Assembly: GCA_965219955.1 (NCBI GenBank)
Contig: OZ244799.1
Coordinates: forward strand, 2,400,001 to 2,464,000
DNA: 64,000 nucleotides
Reading direction: 5' to 3'
DNA from: a bacterium
GTDB lineage: Bacteria > UBA8248
Shown here: positions 52,006 through 61,842 of the stretch, one piece after another
Layout: every line of letters starts with the position of its first letter
How positions within the stretch are numbered: position 1 is the stretch's first letter
The notes under the pieces: model-generated
Told to the model about the DNA's origin: nothing
Seen by the model: the letters and a program-made list of their open reading frames with translations, nothing else
The model's database searches: none
Program-made: the position numbers and the translations under genes

Positions 52006-52204
52006 GCCTTACCTGATCCCAGTCGAGCACCGGATCGTTCGGATCGCGCAGCCGCTCCACGGCTACCGAAAGATCGTCGAATTCTTCCAGATAACGCTCG
52101 ATCGCCTGACGGATGATTTCTGCCCGGCTCCGTTTGAGCCGGTTCGCCGCCTCATCCAGCGCATCGACCACCTCATTGGGCAAACGTGCCGTAATTTGAG
52201 TCAT
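51983..52204 (-). CDS. RHH/CopG-family antitoxin
   Basis: QITARLP...LDEAA...SRAEIIRQAIERYL; overlaps toxin start. Confidence 0.88.
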   Translation of the reverse strand: MTQITARLPNEVVDALDEAANRLKRSRAEIIRQAIERYLEEFDDLSVAVERLRDPNDPVLDWDQVRREFLDTN

Positions 52205-52304
52205 AATACCTCCACCTCAATGTGATGTCAAAGACATTACATCCTGGCGGCTTTCGAGTCAACAATAAAATATGATCACGCTATCATCCTACCAGCCCAC
52301 CACT

Positions 52305-53771
52305 TCAATATCCATCATCCCCGTAATCGCCAGGCGTGGGGGTGGCGCCTGTCTGGGCGTTTTCGATGACGTGGTCGCGTCCGCCGAGGCGCTCGATGAG
52401 CGCCGCCTGATCGCGCTTGGCGCGCGCATCCACCTCTTCGGGGTCGAGAATATCGCGCAGGTCGCTTTCGAGTTCACGGATTGCCGCCTCACTCCCCGGC
52501 TTTCCGGCGAGGTCGTCCTGCTCCTCGGGATCCGCTTCCAGATCGTAGAGCTCGGGCGGATAGTCCACGTAGTGGATGTATTTCTTCCTGCCCTTGCGGA
52601 TGAGGTAGGCCGCCGTCTCCGCACCCGAGGCGTGGTATTCGCTGAAGACGACCCGTTCCGCGTCATAGGGCGCGCGGGCGATCCCGTAGAGCGAGCGGCC
52701 CTCGCGGCTCTTGTCCTCATCATCGGGCGCAACGCCCACCGATTCGAGGATGGTGGGATAGAAATCGAGCAGCGATACGGGCGTATCCACCACCGCGCCC
52801 GCCTCTATACCCGGCCCGGCCATCATGAGCGGCACGGCGGCCGATTCCTCGTACATCGTGCCCTTGCCCCAGGTGCCCCGCGCGCCCAGGTTCTCGCCGT
52901 GATCGCTCGCGAAGACGACGCGGGTGGAATCCGAGAGGCCCGCGCGCGCAAGGCTCTCCAGCACGCGCCCCACCAGATCGTCCAGGAACGTGCAGAGTCC
53001 GAAGTAAGAGGCGATGGCGACGCGCCTTCGCTCATCGTCGAAAAAGCTGTCGGACGGCACGTATCTGCGGTACGCCTCTATCCACGGATGCGGCGGGCGG
53101 CCGTCGAGCGCGTGGGCTTTGGGCATGGGCACGGCGTCTGTCGGGTACATGTCGAAATACTTCTTCGGCGCCATCAGGGGGAAATGGGGCGATACGAAGG
53201 AGACGAAGGTCATCCAGGGTTTTTCGGGGCCGCCATGTTTTTCCGCCTCGTTCTCGAGCCACGCGCAGGCGTTCTCGGCGATGTCCAGGTCGTAGTTCGT
53301 ATAGCTCGTCTCGCCCGGGCCTATCTCGCGCGCGAGCTTGTCCGCCTTCTGGACGATCAATTCATCGCGGATGGAGCCCAGCACGCTGCCCACGCCGCCG
53401 TCGCGCGCGTGCATGGGCACGAGCTGCTCATCGAATCCGGTGGGGTCCGTTGTGTTCCTGTAGTGGAGCTTGCCGATGGAGGTGACGCGGTGTCCCTCGG
53501 CCTGCAGACGATGCCCCCAGCCCGCCGGTTCGCCCGTATAGGGGCTCGCGTTGTCCCAACAGCCGATCTCGTGCACGTAGCGGCCCGTGGCGAAGCTCGC
53601 CCGCGCGGCGGTGCAGATGGGCGAATTCGTATAGGCGCCCGTAAAGCGGACACCCGAGGCCGCCAGGCGGTCGATGTTCGGCGTCTTCACCACCTGGTGG
53701 CCATAGCAGCCGAGCGTCTTGACGCTCAACTCATCCGCCATGATGACGAGCAGGTTCATCGGTTTCATCAT
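52305..53771 (-). CDS. Sulfatase (choline-sulfatase-like)
   Basis: IMADE, SPICTAARASFATG (CxAxR), IGKLH, SPHFP, SDHGE. Confidence 0.92.
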   Translation of the reverse strand: MMKPMNLLVIMADELSVKTLGCYGHQVVKTPNIDRLAASGVRFTGAYTNSPICTAARASFATGRYVHEIGCWDNASPYTGEPAGWGHRLQAEGHRVTSIGKLHYRNTTDPTGFDEQLVPMHARDGGVGSVLGSIRDELIVQKADKLAREIGPGETSYTNYDLDIAENACAWLENEAEKHGGPEKPWMTFVSFVSPHFPLMAPKKYFDMYPTDAVPMPKAHALDGRPPHPWIEAYRRYVPSDSFFDDERRRVAIASYFGLCTFLDDLVGRVLESLARAGLSDSTRVVFASDHGENLGARGTWGKGTMYEESAAVPLMMAGPGIEAGAVVDTPVSLLDFYPTILESVGVAPDDEDKSREGRSLYGIARAPYDAERVVFSEYHASGAETAAYLIRKGRKKYIHYVDYPPELYDLEADPEEQDDLAGKPGSEAAIRELESDLRDILDPEEVDARAKRDQAALIERLGGRDHVIENAQTGATPTPGDYGDDGY

Positions 53772-53822
53772 AAAATCTCTCTCATCCTCTGGTGAATCAG
53801 TCAGGTTTACGCGGCGTCCGCC

Positions 53823-54728
53823 TCACATGTGCGGCCACACCGGGTCCGTCCGGTTGCTCAAGGGCCCCGAGGGGTGTTCGTCGAGATAATCAAAAATGTT
53901 GCCGAGGCCGCCCTTTCTGAGCATGGTGAGGCGCTCGCCCAGGTGATCCATGCTGCTGAGTTCGGTCTCATACACCTCGAACACCTTGTCCTGCACCTCC
54001 TCGCGGCTGAGGCCATCGTTCTTGAGGACCCTCACCTTATCTATAAGCTCATGGAGCTTCTCGCGCTGGCGGGGAATCTCGTCCTTTTGACAAGGCCTGC
54101 CGTGCCCGGGCACGTACCAGTCCACGTCCAGGGCTTCGAGCACGCCCAGCGACTGGAACCAGCCCCACACGTCGGCGGAATGACACGCCACGTTGAAGGC
54201 GGGCGTGAGGTTGTCCGCCGTGAAGGCGACGCGGTCCTCCACGGCGTGGACGACCGTCTGCCCGCGCGTGTGGCCGGGGGATTCGATGAGGATGAACGTC
54301 TTGCCGCCCAGGCGAATCGTCATCCGCCCCTTGTAGGTGATCTCCGGCGGCCTGAGTTCGAAGCCCTCGAGCAGCGCCTCGTTCTCGGGGTCGTACTTGA
54401 GCATGCGCTCCTTGCCCTCCTCCGGGGTGGCGATGGAGGTGTAGAAATCCGCATACGTGATCTCGCTCGAAACGATCCGCTCGGGCTCGAGGAACCAGTT
54501 CGCCGCGATGTGATCCTGGTGGTGCTCGGTGTTGACGAGATAGCGAAGCGGGCCCCTTTCACGGATGAAATCGCGCCATGCGATGGCTTCGGAGGGCCGC
54601 ATGGGGCCGTCTATCGCGATGACGCCGTCATCCGTCACCACCATGCCCACCGTGGGATAGCAATCATAAAAAAAGACGTTCTCGCTTACCTGCTCCAATA
54701 GCTCATCCTCCAGAATCACATTCGACAA
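53823..54728 (-). CDS. Metallo-beta-lactamase fold hydrolase (cyclase-like)
   Basis: NTEHHQDH, PGHT, VPGHG; start TTG 54728 or GTG 54719. Confidence 0.85.
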   Translation of the reverse strand: MSNVILEDELLEQVSENVFFYDCYPTVGMVVTDDGVIAIDGPMRPSEAIAWRDFIRERGPLRYLVNTEHHQDHIAANWFLEPERIVSSEITYADFYTSIATPEEGKERMLKYDPENEALLEGFELRPPEITYKGRMTIRLGGKTFILIESPGHTRGQTVVHAVEDRVAFTADNLTPAFNVACHSADVWGWFQSLGVLEALDVDWYVPGHGRPCQKDEIPRQREKLHELIDKVRVLKNDGLSREEVQDKVFEVYETELSSMDHLGERLTMLRKGGLGNIFDYLDEHPSGPLSNRTDPVWPHM

Positions 54729-54739
54729 GATATTCCCGC

Positions 54740-55624
54740 TTAATCGCTCAAGCCCGCCTCGCGCTCGAACCACTCGCGAATGACGCCCTGATCCAGATCG
54801 CCAAGCCCCATCTCCATCGCTCCCTGATACGCCTTCCCGACCGCGTCGATCACCGGTGCGGGAGCGCCGTTCGTGCGGGCGAACTCGCGGATCAGCCCCA
54901 GATCCTTGTGCATGAGGGCGAGCGCGAACTTGACGGGTTCGTATTCCTTTTTCCTCAGGCCCCGGCCGCGCGTGTTCATCACGCGAAAGACGGTGCTCGA
55001 ATAGAGGTATTCCATCATCTGGTCCGGGTCCAGGCCCGACTTCAACCCAAGGGTGAAGCCCTCCGCCAGGGCGCACAGCTGGGCCGAGACAAGATGGTTC
55101 GTGATGAGCTTCATCCGCAAGCCCGACCCGTTGGGGCCGAAATAATCGAGCAACTCACACGCGCAATCGAGCACCGCGCGGTGCGCGTCCAGAACCTCCT
55201 TATCGCCCCCCACCATGAAGCCGATTTTCGCATCGCGCGCGATGACGGCGTTCCCGCTGATGGGGGCGTCCAGAAAATGGAACCCGCGGGCTGAGGCCTC
55301 TTCGGCGACGGCGATGCTCTCCTCGGGCAGGATGGTGGAGAAATCGAAACACACCGCGCCTTCCTTCGCGGTGAGCAGCGCGCCCTTCTCGCCCAGATAG
55401 GCGTCGCGCACGTGCTCTCCTTTCGGGACCGAACTGCACACGTAGTCCGCACCTCGCGCCGCCTCGGCGGGAGAATCGAAAACGGGGATGCCGGCCTCTC
55501 GCGCCGCACCCTGCGCCGCCGGGCTCGGGTCGTAGCCCACGACCTCGAAGCCCGCTCTTTTCATATTGGCGGCAACGGCCCCGCCCATGTTGCCCAGTCC
55601 CAGGAACGCTATTTTTTTCGCCAA
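54740..55624 (-). CDS. Beta-hydroxyacid dehydrogenase (3-hydroxyisobutyrate DH family)
   Basis: AFLGLGNMG, DFST, LDAPISG, HKDL. Confidence 0.92.
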   Translation of the reverse strand: MAKKIAFLGLGNMGGAVAANMKRAGFEVVGYDPSPAAQGAAREAGIPVFDSPAEAARGADYVCSSVPKGEHVRDAYLGEKGALLTAKEGAVCFDFSTILPEESIAVAEEASARGFHFLDAPISGNAVIARDAKIGFMVGGDKEVLDAHRAVLDCACELLDYFGPNGSGLRMKLITNHLVSAQLCALAEGFTLGLKSGLDPDQMMEYLYSSTVFRVMNTRGRGLRKKEYEPVKFALALMHKDLGLIREFARTNGAPAPVIDAVGKAYQGAMEMGLGDLDQGVIREWFEREAGLSD

Positions 55625-55640
55625 GCTACCTCCTCCTTCA

Positions 55641-55869
55641 GGGGCTGCCTAAAAAGTTCCGTATGCGTCCCCTGGAAACCGCCAACCCCTCTTTCCTCAC
55701 CCTGAGTAGCCGCCGAAGGCGGCGTATCGAAGGGCGAGGGGCTCGCGCCGGGACGAGAGGGCATCCTTCGATACGCGGCTCCGCCGCTACTCAGGATGAG
55801 GCGGTGCGGTTTTGCTCGTCATTCCAGCAGTGGTCAGTTCCGACCGAGGCTGGCTTTTTCAACAATCCC
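55641..55869. repeat. Composite MITE/REP-like repeat
   Basis: Internal block near-identical to 24311-24443; right end TTTTTCAACAATCCC. Confidence 0.85.
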
Positions 55870-56955
55870 CTAAGCGCCGTATTTTCGTATCGCCTCTTGC
55901 GTGAATTCCACCCCGTGCCCGGGGACGTCCGGAACCTCCATGCAGCCGCTCACAACGGCGAATTCCCGCGTGAGCGTCTCGGGAGGCAGCATCTCCACGT
56001 ATTCCACCATGTAGCCGCTCGGCGTCGCGGCGAGGAGGCTTAGCGATACCTCCTGGAGCAGATGCGCGCACAGCGAGAGATTGCAGGCTTCGGCCAGGTG
56101 GGCGATTTTACGAAACTCCGTCACGCCGCCGCAGCGGCCCACGTCGGGCTGGAGATACGCCGCCGCCCTCCTCTCGCAGATTTCGCGAAAGCCCCAGCGC
56201 ATATATGCGTTTTCGCCCGCGGCGACGGGCACGGGACTCCTCTCGGCCACGTCCGCCAGATCGTCCACCGAATCGGCGAGCACGGGCTCCTCGAACCAGC
56301 GCACGTCGTATTCGGCGAGCATCGCGGCCACCTCGAGCGCCTCGCGGGGGTTGTACTTCTGGTTGGCGTCCGCGAACAGGACGACCGAATCGCCCGCCTC
56401 ACTTCTCAAAAGACGGATTCGCTCCTCATCCCGGTTCGTGCCCAGCTTGAGCTTGTATGCGCCGATTCCCTTCTCCATGAAGCCCGTGCACTCATCCACC
56501 ATCTCCTCATCCGTGAACGTGAGCCAGCCCCCGCTGCCGTACACGGGAACATTATTCCTGAAGCCGCCCAGAATGCGGGAGAGAGGCATATCCGCCGCCC
56601 TGGCGAGGGCGTCCCAGCAGGCGGTGTCTATCGCCGAGAGCGCCTGCACGCCCAGCCCGCCGCGCATCCTCGGCTTGTTCGGCCCCCACAGACGCGCCCA
56701 GAGCGCCTCGGGCGCCAGGGCATCCTGCCCAACCGCCAGGGGCGCCAGTTCCTTTTCGATGTAGGGAACGAGCGTCGTCGAGGTCTCCCCGCCCAGGCCC
56801 ATCACGAAGCCGCAGCCTGTCGGGCCGCTCTCGGTGTGGAGGAAGACCACCAGATAATCGAGTTCCGACTTCGTGCTGTTCGCGCTCCCTATCGCCCGGG
56901 CCAGGGGCACCTTGAGCGATTTCGCCTCTACGCCTGATATCCTGAGTTCAGCCAC
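55870..56955 (-). CDS. Mandelate racemase/muconate lactonizing enzyme family protein
   Basis: YKLKLG, DANQ, WFEEP, AAGEN, QPD. Confidence 0.93.
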   Translation of the reverse strand: MAELRISGVEAKSLKVPLARAIGSANSTKSELDYLVVFLHTESGPTGCGFVMGLGGETSTTLVPYIEKELAPLAVGQDALAPEALWARLWGPNKPRMRGGLGVQALSAIDTACWDALARAADMPLSRILGGFRNNVPVYGSGGWLTFTDEEMVDECTGFMEKGIGAYKLKLGTNRDEERIRLLRSEAGDSVVLFADANQKYNPREALEVAAMLAEYDVRWFEEPVLADSVDDLADVAERSPVPVAAGENAYMRWGFREICERRAAAYLQPDVGRCGGVTEFRKIAHLAEACNLSLCAHLLQEVSLSLLAATPSGYMVEYVEMLPPETLTREFAVVSGCMEVPDVPGHGVEFTQEAIRKYGA

Positions 56956-56992
56956 CCGTCACACTCCGAAAAATCCCGCGCTTCGATACGGC

Positions 56993-57036
56993 AAAACAAA
57001 GGCTGCGGAGGCCCGATACACGCCCCCGCAGCCTTT
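56993..57036 (-). terminator. Intrinsic terminator
   Basis: GGCTGCGG...CCGCAGCC hairpin followed by TTTGTTTT on minus strand. Confidence 0.6.
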
Positions 57037-57056
57037 AGGCAACGAACCGGAAAAAC

Positions 57057-58067
57057 CTAGTTCATCTTCATGCTGGCCAGCGCCTTCTCGAGCGGGCCTC
57101 TCTCGATGCCCTCGCCACCGGCGAAATCGGGCAGGCGGCGAATCTTGCCCCGGCCCTTCTGCACCTTGGCGGTCGCGTTCAGCGCGTTGATGATGCGCGG
57201 CGTGATCTTATAGAGCGGCCGCACCACGTTGATGGAGCGCCTGGCGATGGAGTAGTCCACCTTGCGGCCCTTCGAGATCAGCCACTTGTGATAGACCTTG
57301 GCGAACTTGTCGGGGTCTTTCTTCCAGAGGTTCGCGGACTTGAGATAGGCGCGCAGGTACTTCACCACGCCGCCGGGGTTGCTCTTGAGCGTCCTGGGGT
57401 TCGCGAGTTCGATGAAGATCATCGCCGGCGGATTGTCGTACTTGCAGTAATCCACGATGGGCCGGCCCCACTTCTTGTCCTCGAGACGGAACGAGGTGGG
57501 CGCGCCGATGACCATCGCGGAAACCACCTTGGCCCGGAAAGCCGAGAGGCGCTCCGCCGTGGTCGTGTTCATGATCTTGACGTCTTTGGGCTTCATGCCG
57601 AAGGCCGGCAGAATGCCGTTGTCAAAGACGAAGTGGGTGGACGTACCCTTCTTCTCGGCGATGGTCTTGCCCTTCAGGTCGGCCACCGTCTTGATGGGAG
57701 AGTCGGGCGGCACCCAGATCGAGATGGACTTGCACCAGGAAGAACTGGCGGAGACCATCACCAGGCCCGCCTTTTTCGCCACGCCGTCCACATAGGGCCG
57801 CGTCGCGCCGTGGCCCACGTCGAGACTGCGCGAGAGCAGCGCCTCGATGACGAGCTTGCCCTGCGGGAAAACCTTCACGCTCCAATTGCCTTTTCCGAAC
57901 TCCTCATCGAAATAGCCCATCCCCATGGCGACCGCCGTGAAGGAGCCGAACGTCTGGCGGTGCATGCCGATGCGGAACTTGGCCGCCTCGGCGTCGGTCG
58001 CCTGGAAGCCGACGGGCACGAGGCTCAACGCGAGGATCAGACTGAAAAACCCGAACCACTTTCTCAT
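57057..58067 (-). CDS. ABC substrate-binding protein (SsuA/NrtA-like)
   Basis: Signal peptide, SPIKTVADLKGKTIA..KGTSTH; RBS GAGGAG. Confidence 0.85.
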   Translation of the reverse strand: MRKWFGFFSLILALSLVPVGFQATDAEAAKFRIGMHRQTFGSFTAVAMGMGYFDEEFGKGNWSVKVFPQGKLVIEALLSRSLDVGHGATRPYVDGVAKKAGLVMVSASSSWCKSISIWVPPDSPIKTVADLKGKTIAEKKGTSTHFVFDNGILPAFGMKPKDVKIMNTTTAERLSAFRAKVVSAMVIGAPTSFRLEDKKWGRPIVDYCKYDNPPAMIFIELANPRTLKSNPGGVVKYLRAYLKSANLWKKDPDKFAKVYHKWLISKGRKVDYSIARRSINVVRPLYKITPRIINALNATAKVQKGRGKIRRLPDFAGGEGIERGPLEKALASMKMN

Positions 58068-58196
58068 CTTGTTTCTCCTCTCGGAAAATGAAAATGGACT
58101 GTTTACCTCATGAAAGAGTAAACGCTTTTCTTGAACTGGATGCGCAGAGTATGCCACAAGCGCGATTTCGTTGCATCCGGCAAACGCGCCCTGCAC

Positions 58197-59290
58197 GGGG
58201 TTGTTGAAAGAGTCCGCACAGGCCCGGAATTGTCCACCGCCGGAATGACGAACCAGGGCGAGAACCGCAAGTTTCCGTAGGGGTCGTTCGCGAACGACCC
58301 CTACAATCGGATTGGCGAATACCGGAATCAGGCGGCCACAGGGGGTCAGGGCGGTCATTGGAGACCGCCCTGCTACGGCGGTCCTCCTTTCATACCGCGC
58401 AGGCGGCCACAAAACCTCATCCTGAGTAGGCGCGCAAGCGCCGTATCGAAGGATGGGGGCGCATCTCTGCAGCGGGCGCGAATTTCACCCTTCGACAGGC
58501 TCAGGACAGGCCCCTTCGATACGCCGCCTTCGGCGGCTACTCAGGATGAAGAAGGTGGGGGCGGAGCTTGTCCCGAGCGAAGTCGAGGGAGCCTGTCCTG
58601 AGCCTGTCGAAGGGCCGCTACTCAGGGTGAGGGTGATAGGGTGGCTCTATACAATACGAGAGTTTGACCCAACCGATGAAAGAGCAAGATTCACTCCCCC
58701 CTTGAGGGGTTGTTGAAAAACCCCGAGGAGAGAGGAATCACTCCCCCCTTGAGGGGCCTGTTGAAAAAGCCTGGTCTGCCCCTCCTCAAACCGCCAACAC
58801 CTCTTTCCTCACCCTGAGTAGCCGCCGAAGGCGGCGTATCGAAGGGCGCGGAGAGTCGAACGCCTCGCGCCGGGTGAGGGCAAACACTCATTCATCAATC
58901 GCATTTGACCTTCGATACGGCGCTTTCGCGCCTACTCAGGATGAGGAGTGTCGGGGAACGGCGGAGCCTGTCCCGAGTGAAGTCGAGGGGCCGCTACTCA
59001 GGATGAGGCGGAAGGGGGTTTTTCAACAGCCCCTTGAGGGGGAGTCGAAGAGGCCGAGCGTTTTTTGCGAAGGCCGATTCGGTGGGGGGGGAAATGCGTT
59101 TTATCGTCACCCGAATTATCCCCCCACCGATTCGCTTGCGGGCTTACGCCCTTAGCTCATCGTCTGGCTTTCCCCTCGGGAAGCCAGACCCTCAAGGGGA
59201 GTGATTCCATTTCTCTACCTAGTCGGCAAAATACCTTAAGAGGGGAGTGAAATTTAGCGCGCTCCTTCGGAGGGCTTTTTCAAAAACCCC
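58197..59290. repeat. Large nested composite MITE/REP-like repeat (about 1.1 kb)
   Basis: At least three left ends and two right ends; inner element 58754-59033 flanked by TSD TTGAG; five or more palindrome families. Confidence 0.88.
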
Positions 59291-59336
59291 TGCCCCCAGC
59301 GTTCGAACCGTCCACGCCCCGGAGAGAACCCCCGCC

Positions 59337-60152
59337 TCACAGCCGCATCAGATCCTCGCCTGCGACGATTTCGCCGTCGAAATGAGGGGCTATCGCCTCG
59401 CGCACCTTGTCGTTCGGCGCCAATGGGGGAACGACGTGCGAGAAAACGAGTTTGCCGACGCCGGCCTGCGCGGCCGTTCTTCCGACTTCCTCCGCCGTGG
59501 CGTGGTGGGCCGCCACAATCTTCGCCGTGGCCCGGAAACTCCCGTAATTCTCGTTGATGAGTTCCGGCAGGCATGGGTGCATGACCAGCACGTCCGCCCC
59601 CCGCGCGAGAGGAACCAGCTTCTCCGTCGGGCTTCCGTCGCTCGCGATGACGATCTTTCTCCCCTCCGCCTCGAACGCGTAGGAGATGATGTCGTCCACG
59701 TTGCCGTGATGCGTGCCCTTGTCCACGCGGACGGCGATGCCGTCCACCTTGAGCGCATCGCCGGGCTCGAGGACGGACACCTCGATATCGCTTCCCGCCC
59801 TGGGCTTTCCCTCCTCCGCCCTCAAATCGATGTCGTACTCGTAATAGCGAAGCATTCGCTCGACGATCTCCTCGACGGGTGAAGGCCCGTAGACCTTGAG
59901 CGGCGTCGATGCGCCCATGATCCACCGCGAGATGAAGAACTCGCCGAAACCCGTGTAGTGATCGGAGTGAAAATGCGTGAAGAACAGGTGGTCCACCTTG
60001 CTGACGTGAAAGCCCGACTTTATGATCTGGGTCGCAGCATGGCGGGCGGCGTCCACCAGATAGAGCTTACCGCCCTTGACGAGCGCGTTGCACGGGCCGC
60101 TTTTCTGAGGGGTCGGCGGCGGTGCGCCCACGCCCAGGAGTATGAGTTCCAA
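59337..60152 (-). CDS. MBL fold hydrolase, RNase Z/AtsA-like
   Basis: ILLGVGAP, THFHSDH, ASDG, HHAT, FSH; TTG start after GGAGG. Confidence 0.88.
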   Translation of the reverse strand: MELILLGVGAPPPTPQKSGPCNALVKGGKLYLVDAARHAATQIIKSGFHVSKVDHLFFTHFHSDHYTGFGEFFISRWIMGASTPLKVYGPSPVEEIVERMLRYYEYDIDLRAEEGKPRAGSDIEVSVLEPGDALKVDGIAVRVDKGTHHGNVDDIISYAFEAEGRKIVIASDGSPTEKLVPLARGADVLVMHPCLPELINENYGSFRATAKIVAAHHATAEEVGRTAAQAGVGKLVFSHVVPPLAPNDKVREAIAPHFDGEIVAGEDLMRL

Positions 60153-60263
60153 AACGGGTTTCCTCCCCTTCACCAGAGTGTATGAGCATCTTGCCCGAAC
60201 GGATTCCTGGGGGTATTCTTGCGCGAACATCCTCATTCACGTCAACCGGAAAGAGAGACAACC

Positions 60264-61124
60264 ATGAAGCGCCTGTCCGAACACCTGTACGCAGAGACCG
60301 ACTACGACTGGGCGAACGTGGGCGCCGCCGTTACCGATAACGGCGTCGTCCTCCTCGACTGCCCGGTGCGGCCGAGCGATTCGCGCAAATGGCAGGAAGA
60401 GGTCTCGGCTCTAAGCCCGCAGGGCGTGCGCTACCTGATCGCCACCGACTACCACGGCGACCACACCACGGGCTCCTCGTTCATCGAGGGAGACGTGGCG
60501 CTCATCGCCCCCCAATACGTGTATGACGAAATATCGAAGGGCGACAACGCATTTTCGAAGGAAATCTTCGTGAATACGTTGAGAGACCTGGGCTTCACCG
60601 AGGAGGCGGACGAGATCACGAACGCCGCCGTGCCGCTGCCCCAGTTCTGCTTCGAGGACAGCCTCACGCTGCACCTGCCGCCGCTCACGTTCGAGATTCA
60701 CCGCAAGGGCGGCCATTCGCCTGCGTGCACCTCCGTCCTCGTGCCCGAGGAGGGCGTGCTCTTCTCAGGCGACGTCGTCATCAACGGCCCCTCGGCCGGG
60801 ATGCGCGACGCCTTCGTGCAGGAATGGATAGACGCGCTCGCCTGGGTGGAGGGTCTGGACATCGAGACCATCGTCCCCGGCCACGGGGAGATATGCGGGA
60901 AGGAAGTGGCCACAAAACTCAAAAATACCCTGAGCGGGATGATGGAGATTATGGTCGAGGTCGTCGCCGCGGGCAAAGAGAAAGCGGAGGCCGCGGAGGA
61001 CCCGAAATTCCTCGCCTATTTCCACGCCGACGAAACGCGCGGCGAATACTGGCTCCAGCAGAGAAAAGACACCTTCCGCGACGGTCTCGAACGGCTTTAT
61101 GACGAGGTCGTCGCGGAGTCCTAG
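60264..61124 (+). CDS. MBL fold hydrolase (cyclase-like)
   Basis: TDYHGDH, GGHS, FSGD, VPGHG. Confidence 0.85.
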   Translation: MKRLSEHLYAETDYDWANVGAAVTDNGVVLLDCPVRPSDSRKWQEEVSALSPQGVRYLIATDYHGDHTTGSSFIEGDVALIAPQYVYDEISKGDNAFSKEIFVNTLRDLGFTEEADEITNAAVPLPQFCFEDSLTLHLPPLTFEIHRKGGHSPACTSVLVPEEGVLFSGDVVINGPSAGMRDAFVQEWIDALAWVEGLDIETIVPGHGEICGKEVATKLKNTLSGMMEIMVEVVAAGKEKAEAAEDPKFLAYFHADETRGEYWLQQRKDTFRDGLERLYDEVVAES

Positions 61125-61162
61125 AGCAGACAAGAGCTTTATCACCGGATAAGGAGATTTGG

Positions 61163-61591
61163 ATGAGAGTAGAAGAGAAGAGAATCGGCCGCATCTTCCG
61201 GGTCACGCTCGAGGCCGGAGACAATTTCTATACGAACCTGTGCGACCTCGTGAAGGAGAAGAACATCCGCGCGGGTTCTGTTTTCCTCATCGGCGCCCTC
61301 GCCGAGACGGACATGATATCGGGATTCAAGAGCATGGACGGCTACGACGTCGACCGCCTGCACTTCGAGGGCTGGCGCGAACTCGTGGCGCTCGGCAACA
61401 TCACCTGGCCGGACGAGCCGCCCCTCGCGCTCGGCGACGTGACCTGGGACGAGCCCCAGCCCTACGTCCACGTGCACATGGCCATCAGCGGCGGGCCGGG
61501 CGAGCCCGAGAAAGTCCTGGCGGGCCACCTGAGCGACGGCGTCATCAAGGGCGGGATGGTCGTCGAAATCTACGAACACCTCGACGCCTAG
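61163..61591 (+). CDS. PPC/DUF296 domain protein
   Basis: IGAL, ELVALGNI, YVHVHMAI...AGHL. Confidence 0.88.
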   Translation: MRVEEKRIGRIFRVTLEAGDNFYTNLCDLVKEKNIRAGSVFLIGALAETDMISGFKSMDGYDVDRLHFEGWRELVALGNITWPDEPPLALGDVTWDEPQPYVHVHMAISGGPGEPEKVLAGHLSDGVIKGGMVVEIYEHLDA

Positions 61592-61616
61592 ATGCGTCCC
61601 TGATCCGCCACAGCCC

Positions 61617-61801
61617 GGGGCTGTTGAAAAAGCCTCCCTGACAAGGGGGGGGTCGGCAGGGAGACGTGTTTTCCCGTAGGGGCGGGCCTCTGTGCCCGCC
61701 CGCTGTTGATATACAACCCGGAGACGCAGGACAGGCACGGAGGCCTGTCCCTACAAACCTTCTGCCGGCAGGATTCCCATACCGGGGTTTTCAACAGTCC
61801 C
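61617..61801. repeat. Composite MITE/REP-like repeat
   Basis: GGGGCTGTTGAAAAAG...TTTTTCAACAGTCCC with GTAG-type doublet. Confidence 0.88.
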
Positions 61802-61842
61802 GGTCCATCGGCGTTTGAGACAGTTTTGCAAGGAAAAAGACG

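Noticed and set aside
2698-61801. CRISPR array interpretation of the recurring palindromes
   Set aside because: Repeats are dispersed inverted doublets without regular unique spacers, and no cas genes are present.
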